A program made the translations under genes and the position numbers. A stretch of 32,716 nt of DNA from a virus. Lineage: Duplodnaviria; Caudoviricetes. Under the pieces are notes generated by a model. The model searched no databases. It worked only from the letters and a program-made list of their open reading frames with translations, and was not told where the DNA came from. Positions 24,858-32,716 of the stretch are shown piece by piece. The stretch lies in the IMG/VR virus record IMGVR_UViG_3300012953_000106, positions 1 through 32,716 of that record. The stretch is one strand, 5' to 3'. The stretch's first letter is position 1, and each line of letters starts with the position of its first letter.

Positions 24858-27179
24858 ATGCAAACGATACAACTTTACATAGAAGATCAAAGAGTTGATT
24901 TATTCAAAGACGAATCAGTTACGTTAACAGATACGATTAAGAATGCTAAAGACATCAAGAATGTTTTTACCGCATTCACTCAACAATTTACTTTACCTGC
25001 TAATAGTGTTAACAATAAAATATTTAAGCACTATTACAACTATGACATTGTAAATGGTTTTGACGCGAGGATTAGAGTTAATTCTAATATTAAATTAAAT
25101 TTTAATGATTACAAAGTAGGAAAGTTAAAATTAAATTCTGTTATATTAAAAGATAATAAGCCTTATTCTTATAAAGTTGTTTTTTTTGGTAGCACTGTAG
25201 ATATAAACGATCTTGTAGGTGAAGATCAATTAAGCGATTTAACATTTGTAGAAGAAAAAGCTACCGGAACAACCACGTCAGTTGTGTCTGATGAGTTAAG
25301 AGATACCTCAGCAAGTTTTACTTCAACTGTAAGCCCTGGTGATCGTGTTAAAAATGAGAGCACAAGCCAATATGCCACAGTAATAGATGTTGTAAATAAT
25401 AGCACTTTAGAATTAGATGATGATATTTTTACAAGTAGTCCAGTTGATTACACTGTTTTTCTTAGTCCTATTTACGGTAATGAGGCTGTAAAAGCTAAGT
25501 TACAATTAGATCCTACTGTTGAAAAAAATTCATTAATCGTTCCTTTAATCACTCACACTAAAAGACTTTATTACGATTCATCAGCAAATATCGCTGAAGA
25601 CGGTAATTTATATTGGCATGGCGGAGGTGGAGCTAATGATCACGGGGTAGAATACAATGATCTAAAATTTGCTATAAGATTGGCAGAAATTATTAAAGCA
25701 ATAGAAAACACTTACACAACTGCAAATGGTTATCCACAAAATTTAGTTTTTAGTAACGATTTTTTTAGCACATCAAATCCTACATTTAATGATCTATTTA
25801 TGTGGATGAATAGGAATTTAGGAGATGTTCAAACGAGTACAAGTGTTGATGCGTTTACATTTGTGGTTACACCTTGGAGTGGTGGAACTTCAATAGAGGA
25901 GGTTTTTGGTGATGGAACAAATATTTATGTAAACCCATTTAGTGTCGATGGTTTTACTGTTGATGTAGAGATGAACACTGATTTGGTAGATTATACGTTA
26001 GTCCTTTTAAGAAATGGAATAGAAATTTATTCTACTACAAGAACAGCTGGTGATGGCGATTTTACATTTGATGAAACAGATATAGGAGTTGCGGCAAGTA
26101 CTTTAACAGGTACTTTTACAATGCAAATACAAAGTAATGACGTTGTTAGCTTTACAAATATAAACGTTAATGTGACAGGTGAGTATGAAGCACCTCCTTT
26201 TGATACTATTACACCTTTAGATGTTGATGTATTTACTGGAGCGTTAGAAACACCTACTATCGCAACTTTTGATGTAGCTTTACAAATGCCTGAGATGAAA
26301 GTATTAGATTTTTTAACGGGTCTATCACAGATGTTTAATTTAGTTTTTTATCTTAACGATAATAACGAAGTTGAAGTAAGAACTTTAGATGATGGAACAA
26401 CTGACAGCTATTATAATTTAAGCGACATAAAAACATGGGATATTACTAAATATGTAGATGTAAAATCTTCACAAGTAGACGTTGCTTTGCCTTTTAGATC
26501 AGTAACGTTAAGTTACAAAGATCTTAAAACGTTTTTAGCTTTAAAACACGGTCAATTATTTAATCAACCTTGGGGGGCTGAAAGTTGGAATGAAGACACG
26601 CAAACAAAAAGAATAGATGGTAAAGATTATAAGATCATTCCTAATTTTGAGCACATGAAATTCGAAAGGCTTATTGATCAAGATACAAATGCAGACACGA
26701 CAATACAAGTAGGATGGTCAGTAAACGAGAGCCAAAGTGCTTACAAAGGAAGTCCGTTATTATTTTATCCTATTCTAGTTGATCAAGCAAGTGCGACACC
26801 TATTCAATGGTTAGTTAGAAGTACAACAGGTGGGTCTGTAACAGGTGAAGAGGTAGAAGATTACATTATACCTAGTAACAGCGAGAACTTAACTATAACA
26901 AGTAATTCAAATAATATAAATTTCGGGCCTATGCCTAACGAATATGCAAGGGAAATATTTGTAGACACTTTGTTCAATAGGTTTTATTATAATTATGTAA
27001 CTAACATTTTTAGAGAAAACGCAAGACTAGTGAAAATAAATGCTTTTTTACCTTTAAAAATTATACTTAATTATAATTTGAATGATTATATAATTGTGTC
27101 AAATAAAAAATATAGAATTAACAGCATTAAAATAAACCTACTTACTAATAAAAGTGAGTTAGAATTAATAACAACATGA
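24858..27179 (+). CDS. Large tail tip/hub protein
   Basis: QLYIE..RVDLF.DE, FTQQFTLPA...NNKIFKHYY, PEMKVLDFL.GL..MFNL, YRINSIK.NL.T.KSELEL; acidic and beta-rich. Confidence 0.7.
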   Translation: MQTIQLYIEDQRVDLFKDESVTLTDTIKNAKDIKNVFTAFTQQFTLPANSVNNKIFKHYYNYDIVNGFDARIRVNSNIKLNFNDYKVGKLKLNSVILKDNKPYSYKVVFFGSTVDINDLVGEDQLSDLTFVEEKATGTTTSVVSDELRDTSASFTSTVSPGDRVKNESTSQYATVIDVVNNSTLELDDDIFTSSPVDYTVFLSPIYGNEAVKAKLQLDPTVEKNSLIVPLITHTKRLYYDSSANIAEDGNLYWHGGGGANDHGVEYNDLKFAIRLAEIIKAIENTYTTANGYPQNLVFSNDFFSTSNPTFNDLFMWMNRNLGDVQTSTSVDAFTFVVTPWSGGTSIEEVFGDGTNIYVNPFSVDGFTVDVEMNTDLVDYTLVLLRNGIEIYSTTRTAGDGDFTFDETDIGVAASTLTGTFTMQIQSNDVVSFTNINVNVTGEYEAPPFDTITPLDVDVFTGALETPTIATFDVALQMPEMKVLDFLTGLSQMFNLVFYLNDNNEVEVRTLDDGTTDSYYNLSDIKTWDITKYVDVKSSQVDVALPFRSVTLSYKDLKTFLALKHGQLFNQPWGAESWNEDTQTKRIDGKDYKIIPNFEHMKFERLIDQDTNADTTIQVGWSVNESQSAYKGSPLLFYPILVDQASATPIQWLVRSTTGGSVTGEEVEDYIIPSNSENLTITSNSNNINFGPMPNEYAREIFVDTLFNRFYYNYVTNIFRENARLVKINAFLPLKIILNYNLNDYIIVSNKKYRINSIKINLLTNKSELELITT

Positions 27180-27331
27180 TAATATTTAAACTTTTAAACA
27201 CGAGCGAATTTCTAGGTAAGACTGAAAACATAGAAATAGCAAAAGGGAGATATAAATTACCAGAATCTTTAAAAGAAGGTTATAAATTACTTAAACGAGA
27301 ATTGATATGGCAGAGCAAACAAGCAACATAA
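27176..27331 (+). CDS. Small protein upstream of tape measure (51 aa, not in ORF track)
   Basis: MIIFKLLNTSEFLGKTENIEIAKGRYKLPESLKEGYKLLKRELIWQSKQAT*; ATGA overlap with the upstream stop. Confidence 0.65.
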   Translation: MIIFKLLNTSEFLGKTENIEIAKGRYKLPESLKEGYKLLKRELIWQSKQAT

Positions 27332-29442
27332 AAGTAAATGTAGATTTAAAACAGGCTATTGCTGATTTTGAATTACTTGATAAAAATGTAGAGGAAACAA
27401 AAGATAGTATTATAAGCTTAGAGGCACAAATACTTAAGCTCGAAAAAGAAAGAGCAGCCTTAGATCCTAAAGCATTAAATAGACTTAGAGATTATAATGA
27501 AGCAATTGATAAAACTAAGCAAAGATTAAAAGAAGAAAAAAATGATCTTAAGCAACTAAATTCTGAAAGGAGTAAAGCCAAAAAAAATGTAGATGAGTTA
27601 ACTAAGAAAAATAAAGATCTAGAAGGTGCAACCAGCATGCTTGATAGGGCTACAGGTGGATTAATATCTGGCTTTAAAGGAATGAAGACGGCAGTTGGTG
27701 GCGCAATAAAATCATTAGGTAAAATGAAAGTTGCTTTATTGGCTACTGGAATTGGACTAATAGTTCTGACAATAGGAGCATTAGTAGCTGCTTTTAAAAG
27801 ATCGGAAGAAGGTCAAAATAAGTTTGCTAAATTAATGGGAGTTATTGGGGCTGTTACTAATCAGTTATTGGACGGTCTAGCTACATTTGGCGAAGCAATA
27901 ATAAATGTAATTACAAAACCAAAAGAAGCTTGGAATTCATTTGTGGATGCAATGAAAACAGGTTATGAATTTATAAAGGCACAGGTTTTAGATAGACTTA
28001 TTGGTACTTTCATGATAGCCCAAGGTAAAGTTGAAAAAGCAATTTTGAAAATGCGTATTGCCTGGAAAAAGTTTTGGGGTAATGATAAAGCAGTTAAAAG
28101 TTTAACTAAACAACTAAATAAGGTAGATGAAAAAATCCAAGAAGGAGCAAAGAAAATTGCTAATGCTAATAAACAAATTTCAGACTCATATAATAGTGCT
28201 AAAGAAAGCATAAAAGGCGTAATTGATGAAACAATTAGAGAAGGTAAAATTGCAGCGGATATTGCTGATCAGAGAGCTAAAGCTGATAAAATAGAACGTA
28301 AGTTAATCGTTGAAAGAGCTGAGGCCACTAGAAAAGTAAATGAATTAAGAGAAAAAGCAGCTAGAAGAGAAGATTTTAGTTCTGAGCAAAGAATTGAATT
28401 TCTAAAAGAAGCAGGTAGAGTAGAAGAGGAAATAGTTAACAAACAAATAGATGCTGCTAGAATCAGGCTAGAGCAAAAACAACGTGAGAATGCATTAGGT
28501 AAAACAACCAAAGAAGATCTTGATGAAGTTGCAAACCTAGAAGCTAAACTAATAAATTTAGAAGGTAAGAGACTTAGAAAACAGAAAGCTATTAGTGCTG
28601 AAATTACAACTAATATAAGAGAAGAGAAAAGAGAAAAAGAAGAAGCTATAAAAGAATTCACTGATAAGTATATTTATCTACCTGGAATGGGGTTTGTTTC
28701 AAGAGAATCATGGGAAAAAATGAAAGCAGATGGCAAAGCTGTAGAAGATAAGCTAAAAGAATTTGAAACTAGAAGAGAAGACGAGGCTGCTGAAACAGAA
28801 TTGCAAAAGTTACAATTAGAAGAACAAAGAACCTTAGCGGAATTAGATAGATTAAATGCTACAGAAGATCAAAAGCTACAAGTAAAGAAATTTTATTCAG
28901 ATAAATATTTAGAAATAGATGCTAAAAATAAAAAGCAAGAAGAAAATCTAGATAAGCAAGTAGCTGCGGCAAAATTAGCAACAGCTGGACAAGTTTTTCA
29001 ATTAGTAGGGCAAATAGCTAAAAAAGGAAGTAAAGTTGGAAAGATAGCGGCAATAGGTCAAACGGTAATTAGTGGAATTCAATCTGTTCAAAATGCTTAT
29101 GCAACTGCTCAAATATCACCAATAACAGCTGTTAATCCAGGTTATCCTCTACAACAAGCGATAATAGCAGGAGCGTTTTCAGCAGCGCAATTAGCTAAAC
29201 TTATAGCAACTAATCCAGAATCACCTGCAGCAGCCGGAGGTTTAAGACCAACAGAAGGTGGTGGTAATCAACCAGCTGTTCCACAGTTTAATATTGTAGG
29301 TCAAGGCGGTCCTAGTCAGTTAGCTAGCGCTCTTGCTGATCAAGAACAACCACCTGTTCAAGCTTATGTGGTTTCACAAGATGTTACAACTGCTCAGAGT
29401 TTAGAAAATAATATTATTTCAGGAGCTACTTTAGGTGGATAA
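27307..29442 (+). CDS. Tail tape measure protein
   Basis: 711 aa, Ala/Lys/Glu-rich coiled coils, hydrophobic ALLATGIGLIVLTIGALVAAF, C-terminal PQFNIVG...VQAYVVSQDVTTAQSL. Confidence 0.8.
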   Translation: MAEQTSNIKVNVDLKQAIADFELLDKNVEETKDSIISLEAQILKLEKERAALDPKALNRLRDYNEAIDKTKQRLKEEKNDLKQLNSERSKAKKNVDELTKKNKDLEGATSMLDRATGGLISGFKGMKTAVGGAIKSLGKMKVALLATGIGLIVLTIGALVAAFKRSEEGQNKFAKLMGVIGAVTNQLLDGLATFGEAIINVITKPKEAWNSFVDAMKTGYEFIKAQVLDRLIGTFMIAQGKVEKAILKMRIAWKKFWGNDKAVKSLTKQLNKVDEKIQEGAKKIANANKQISDSYNSAKESIKGVIDETIREGKIAADIADQRAKADKIERKLIVERAEATRKVNELREKAARREDFSSEQRIEFLKEAGRVEEEIVNKQIDAARIRLEQKQRENALGKTTKEDLDEVANLEAKLINLEGKRLRKQKAISAEITTNIREEKREKEEAIKEFTDKYIYLPGMGFVSRESWEKMKADGKAVEDKLKEFETRREDEAAETELQKLQLEEQRTLAELDRLNATEDQKLQVKKFYSDKYLEIDAKNKKQEENLDKQVAAAKLATAGQVFQLVGQIAKKGSKVGKIAAIGQTVISGIQSVQNAYATAQISPITAVNPGYPLQQAIIAGAFSAAQLAKLIATNPESPAAAGGLRPTEGGGNQPAVPQFNIVGQGGPSQLASALADQEQPPVQAYVVSQDVTTAQSLENNIISGATLGG

Positions 29443-29446
29443 TTCA

Positions 29447-29478
29447 TAACAATAGTTATTTTTTTGTGTTTTAAAAAA
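29447..29478 (+). promoter_or_regulatory. Putative late promoter TAAC-N16-TGTT (copy 4)
   Basis: taac aatagttatttttttg tgtt ttaaaaaa. Confidence 0.7.
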
Positions 29479-29487
29479 AAGCACAAC

Positions 29488-29565
29488 ATGGATAAACCTA
29501 AATGCCAATGTGGTAATACTCAGAACGAAAACGGCCATTGTGATGGCTCACATAATAACTTATAA
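29488..29565 (+). CDS. 25-aa CDGSH-type iron-sulfur microprotein (not in ORF track)
   Basis: MDKPKCQCGNTQNENGHCDGSHNNL*; CxCxxT...CDGSH motif; first ORF after late promoter copy 4. Confidence 0.7.
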   Translation: MDKPKCQCGNTQNENGHCDGSHNNL

Positions 29566-29575
29566 AATTTAACAA

Positions 29576-30265
29576 ATGCCAGTAGCAGAAAGAAAATATA
29601 GCACACACTCAGGTGGTGCTAATAAAGATTATTTAGAAACAATTTTAGATGTTTCATTAGACTACTTAACGTCACCATCAAATAAAACGTTTGATGTTCA
29701 AATAGTGAAACAGGAATTTCCTGTAGATTTTAGTTTAACTTTGCCTGCAGAAGGAGATACATTCGAAGATATAAGCGGTGGAATTATTTTAAATGACGCT
29801 TGGTTTAATTATGATCCAACTGAATTGTATTTTGAAAATTATACAAAAGAAGAAATTCAAGCATTGTCACCAGCGGAACAAAGTAGATTAACTTTAACAC
29901 CTAGATATAGAGTGTTCTTGGATTCCACGATGCCTTACCCAGCTGGTGGAGGATCTGGTAAACTTACTTTTACTCCTTACACAGATCAAACTAACGCGAC
30001 GACAGCTCAAGTAATTAACTCGATGTGGACGAATCCTCCTTTTACAGCTAGCGCAAATGGCTTTACAGGTGAGTTTAATTATTCTGTTTATAATAACCAA
30101 ATAGATGATTATCCAGAAATAGGTGATGATGGCAGCTTATACGCAAATTTCGTAATGAGATTTAGATGTCAATTTTTTACTAAAAATGGACCTACTGCAA
30201 AATATGATGCATCAGCTGGAGAAACAGAAGTTAGAAATTTATTTCCTAACGCAAATAATTATTAA
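29576..30265 (+). CDS. Acidic beta-rich protein, putative virion decoration (paralog family member 1)
   Basis: NKDYLETILDV resembles the N-termini of the 30285 and 32126 products. Confidence 0.5.
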   Translation: MPVAERKYSTHSGGANKDYLETILDVSLDYLTSPSNKTFDVQIVKQEFPVDFSLTLPAEGDTFEDISGGIILNDAWFNYDPTELYFENYTKEEIQALSPAEQSRLTLTPRYRVFLDSTMPYPAGGGSGKLTFTPYTDQTNATTAQVINSMWTNPPFTASANGFTGEFNYSVYNNQIDDYPEIGDDGSLYANFVMRFRCQFFTKNGPTAKYDASAGETEVRNLFPNANNY

Positions 30266-30284
30266 TAAGATAAAATAAAATAAT

Positions 30285-30749
30285 ATGTCAATAACACCAA
30301 GAACAATAAGAAACATTTCCATGCCCCCGAATAGATCTTATTTACAAACAGTAATTAAAGTGGGGTTAGGTTTTAATACAGCAAGCGCTGAATACGTGAT
30401 CATGCAAGATGAGATTTGGGAAGGAACAGGGAGAACTTCTCCGACTCTTGATTTATCACAAATGGACGCAGGTAGAATAAACGTAAGCTGGCCTGGTTTT
30501 CTTTCATCAAATTTTGATTACGAAGTAGTTTCACCTTTTAATGTAGAAATTACAGGTCAATACTGGACTGATAATGGACAAAGTGATCTTTCTCCATGGT
30601 TTGCATCAGGAGAAGAAATAGATAATAATAACGTTGTATTGTATTCACAAATGGGAAGTGTTTTACAAGATGGTGACGCTTTCATGACGATTACAATATC
30701 ATTTTACCCACCGTTATCGCAGGAATACGGATTTCTAAAATTTACATAA
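30285..30749 (+). CDS. Acidic beta-rich protein, putative virion decoration (paralog family member 2)
   Basis: PPNRSYLQTVIKV...QDEIWEG...ITISFYP. Confidence 0.55.
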   Translation: MSITPRTIRNISMPPNRSYLQTVIKVGLGFNTASAEYVIMQDEIWEGTGRTSPTLDLSQMDAGRINVSWPGFLSSNFDYEVVSPFNVEITGQYWTDNGQSDLSPWFASGEEIDNNNVVLYSQMGSVLQDGDAFMTITISFYPPLSQEYGFLKFT

Positions 30750-30756
30750 TAGACTA

Positions 30757-31347
30757 ATGAATATAATAGAGCTAGTAATAAACGAAGACGAGGAACTAAG
30801 TGGAGTTGATGCTATAAGCGTGGTTGAAGAACCAGCTATAGAATTAGACTTTGTAGCATTAAAAAACCAAGAATTTAAATTAGCGGAGATTTCTGCTGAA
30901 AAAAGAATTTTAATGGGTGCAGCATTAGTTCCTGATAAACCTATTTATAGAACAAATGGTGAAGAAGAATTTTATATTTACTTCTCTAAAAAAACGGTAG
31001 CTAAAGCTAGCGAAATGTTTCTTAGAAAAGGAAATCAAAACAAAGCCACTTTAGAACATGCTGAGGCAATAGGTGGAATGACTGTCGTTGAATCCTGGCT
31101 AGTAGAAGATAATGTACATGATAAATCACGAAAGTACGGACTTAACGTACCTGTAGGAACCTGGATGGTTTCCATGAAGGTGTACAATGATGAAGTATGG
31201 AATGAATATGTTAAAACAGGAAGAGTCAAGGGCTTCTCAATTGAAGGTTACTTTGCGGATAAATTAGAAAGGCCACAAGATAAACAAAAAGATCAATTAA
31301 GCGAAGAGGAACAAATAATAAAAAAAATAATAGATGCCCTTAAATAA
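30757..31347 (+). CDS. Prohead protease, XkdF-like serine peptidase
   Basis: AISVVEEPAIE, KRILMGAALVPDKPIYR, ATLEH, VESWLV, PVGTWMV, GRVKGFSIEG. Confidence 0.85.
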   Translation: MNIIELVINEDEELSGVDAISVVEEPAIELDFVALKNQEFKLAEISAEKRILMGAALVPDKPIYRTNGEEEFYIYFSKKTVAKASEMFLRKGNQNKATLEHAEAIGGMTVVESWLVEDNVHDKSRKYGLNVPVGTWMVSMKVYNDEVWNEYVKTGRVKGFSIEGYFADKLERPQDKQKDQLSEEEQIIKKIIDALK

Positions 31348-31489
31348 AAATGAAGCAACACCTAGTCGAACAAGCCCTGTAGGAGGTAGACGTGGATGTT
31401 TATGTAAAGACGGAACTTACAACTCTAAATGTTGTGACGGAACATTACAAGCTCAAGGAATCGGTCCTACAACAGGAGGAAACAATTAA
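31334..31489 (+). CDS. Small Cys-rich protein (51 aa, not in ORF track)
   Basis: MPLNKNEATPSRTSPVGGRRGCLCKDGTYNSKCCDGTLQAQGIGPTTGGNN*. Confidence 0.7.
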   Translation: MPLNKNEATPSRTSPVGGRRGCLCKDGTYNSKCCDGTLQAQGIGPTTGGNN

Positions 31490-31494
31490 ATTTA

Positions 31495-31526
31495 TAACGT
31501 AAAAATATTTTTATTGTTTTTTAAAA
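31495..31526 (+). promoter_or_regulatory. Putative late promoter TAAC-N16-TGTT (copy 5)
   Basis: taac gtaaaaatattttat-like 16-nt spacer (31499-31514), then tgtt ttttaaaa; upstream of the scaffold/capsid operon. Confidence 0.7.
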
Positions 31527-31549
31527 AAATAATTCAATATATATAGAAA

Positions 31550-32122
31550 ATGGATGCAAACGTAACTTTAAATAAAGTAAGGACTATTCTAGGATTAGAA
31601 GTAATATTAGAGGAAAAATTACTTGAAAACGGAACTATGTTTGTCGCTGAAAAATTCGAAGGCGGCAACGAAGTGTTTATCCAAGCAGAGGATGAGCAAA
31701 AAATACCTGTACCAGCAGGAGAGTATATGATGGAAGACGGTCAAACACTTGTCGTTAAAGAAGACGGCTTAATTGACGAGATAAGAGATGCAGAAGAAAA
31801 AGAAGAAGAAGATGAGGAAATGGGATATGAAGAAAAAGAAGAAATGAGAGATGACGGTAAAGAGGCTGCAGTTGATGACTGGGAAGGTATGGAAAAAAGA
31901 ATTAAAAATTTAGAAGATGCAATTGCAGATCTAAAAGAAAAGGTTGGCGGAGAGCAAAAAGAAATCGAAGAAGATTTATCGGCTGAAGTCAAAGAAGAGT
32001 TATCTGCGGAACCTAAAGAAATCAAGCACAATCCTGAAGCTAAGAAACAAGTTGAGTTAACCAAAATTGGAAAAGTTTCTGATTTAAGACAAAGAGTATT
32101 TAGTAAAATATTTAATAGCTAA
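31550..32122 (+). CDS. Capsid scaffolding protein (putative)
   Basis: Very acidic; LENGT...FE.G.EVFI...PVPAGEY..EDG..LVV.EDG.I, coiled coil, IKHNPE; between protease and capsid. Confidence 0.7.
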   Translation: MDANVTLNKVRTILGLEVILEEKLLENGTMFVAEKFEGGNEVFIQAEDEQKIPVPAGEYMMEDGQTLVVKEDGLIDEIRDAEEKEEEDEEMGYEEKEEMRDDGKEAAVDDWEGMEKRIKNLEDAIADLKEKVGGEQKEIEEDLSAEVKEELSAEPKEIKHNPEAKKQVELTKIGKVSDLRQRVFSKIFNS

Positions 32123-32125
32123 TAG

Positions 32126-32641
32126 ATGAGCGTACCTGAATCAAGACAAATTATATCTGTACAGGGATTACCACCTGGAAGAGACTATTTAGTTTCTACT
32201 ATTGGTGTATCAGCAGATGCAGGTGTTAATTTTACTAAGGATGAAATTTTTAGTGGACAAGGTTATGATCAACCAGATCTTAACTGTGACTTAACAGCTA
32301 CACCAGCGGCAAATCTTGAAGTAAACATGTTTTCTTTAACGAATCCTATGCCAAATTTAGGAGAATATTTCTTATCTAGTGGCGCTTCATTTGCTAATTT
32401 ACCAGGACCTTTTGCAATTAATACTTCTGGTTGGTCAAATTGGGGTAATAACGATCCTACTGCATTAAACGAAATAGTTACATCTTGGTTTTTAAACGAA
32501 GAGGAGTCTGGAGTGGACTCTATGATCTTATATTGTCAAGGCTCTTTCCTTTTAGAAGATGGAATTTTAAATCATGAAATAGAAATTAGATTTTATCCTA
32601 ATAGAGCTAACGCAATATTAGAGGCAAGAGGTCTAATATAA
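32126..32641 (+). CDS. Acidic beta-rich protein, putative virion decoration (paralog family member 3)
   Basis: PPGRDYLVSTIGV...KDEIFSG...IEIRFYP; inserted between scaffold and capsid genes. Confidence 0.55.
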   Translation: MSVPESRQIISVQGLPPGRDYLVSTIGVSADAGVNFTKDEIFSGQGYDQPDLNCDLTATPAANLEVNMFSLTNPMPNLGEYFLSSGASFANLPGPFAINTSGWSNWGNNDPTALNEIVTSWFLNEEESGVDSMILYCQGSFLLEDGILNHEIEIRFYPNRANAILEARGLI

Positions 32642-32670
32642 AAATAATTTTAATCAATAATTAATAAACA

Positions 32671-32716
32671 ATGGCAACAACAGTAAACATTACAACAACC
32701 TACGCTGGAGAATTTA
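32671..32716 (+). CDS. Major capsid protein, N-terminal fragment (MATTVNITTTYAGEF..., truncated by window end)
   Basis: ATG at 32671 after an A-rich leader; the frame is compatible with frame 3 at the window start. Confidence 0.85.
   Translation, partial: MATTVNITTTYAGEF

Noticed and set aside
1261-32064. All minus-strand ORFs in the track (e.g. 5794-6228, 28269-28661, 31741-32064) and the nested + ORF 3434-3616
   Set aside because: They lie within well-supported + strand genes and read like antisense or off-frame shadows.
1-32716. Alternative genetic code, integrase/lysogeny module, or DGR/retron reverse transcriptase
   Set aside because: Genes are full length under code 11 with TAA, TAG and TGA all used as stops; no recombinase, CI-like repressor or RT motifs were seen.

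Overview
This is a near-complete, probably circular or circularly permuted ~32.7 kb AT-rich genome of a tailed phage (siphovirus-like). The host is most likely Bacteroidota/Flavobacteriaceae, inferred from A-rich, mostly SD-less start regions and from protein families I recognise. All credible genes are on the + strand, and the major capsid gene is split across the two ends. Order: capsid, tail tube, portal(+MuF-like), neck/fibre, lysis; AT-rich putative origin; NinG, recombination, SSB, helicase, ECF sigma, phosphoesterase; 5'-3' exonuclease plus a DNA base-modification cluster; DnaA-C-like HTH; terminase; a ~600-nt structured non-coding element; small accessory genes; tail module; prohead protease and scaffold. 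No DNA polymerase, primase or integrase was recognised. Highlights: (1) a hypermodification cluster pairing a dCMP-type (Asp) thymidylate-synthase homologue with an amino-acid:DNA-transferase-like protein, a PLP enzyme and an SGNH protein, but no recognisable DNA kinase; (2) a candidate large ornate ncRNA with its own promoter, boxA-like leader and terminator; (3) five copies of a TAAC-N16-TGTT late promoter matching the phage ECF sigma; (4) 11-bp-period TTAACA boxes; (5) a -1 frameshift in the tail chaperone; (6) a 25-aa CDGSH Fe-S microprotein; (7) GATC over-representation. All family calls come from motifs read by eye; no searches were run.
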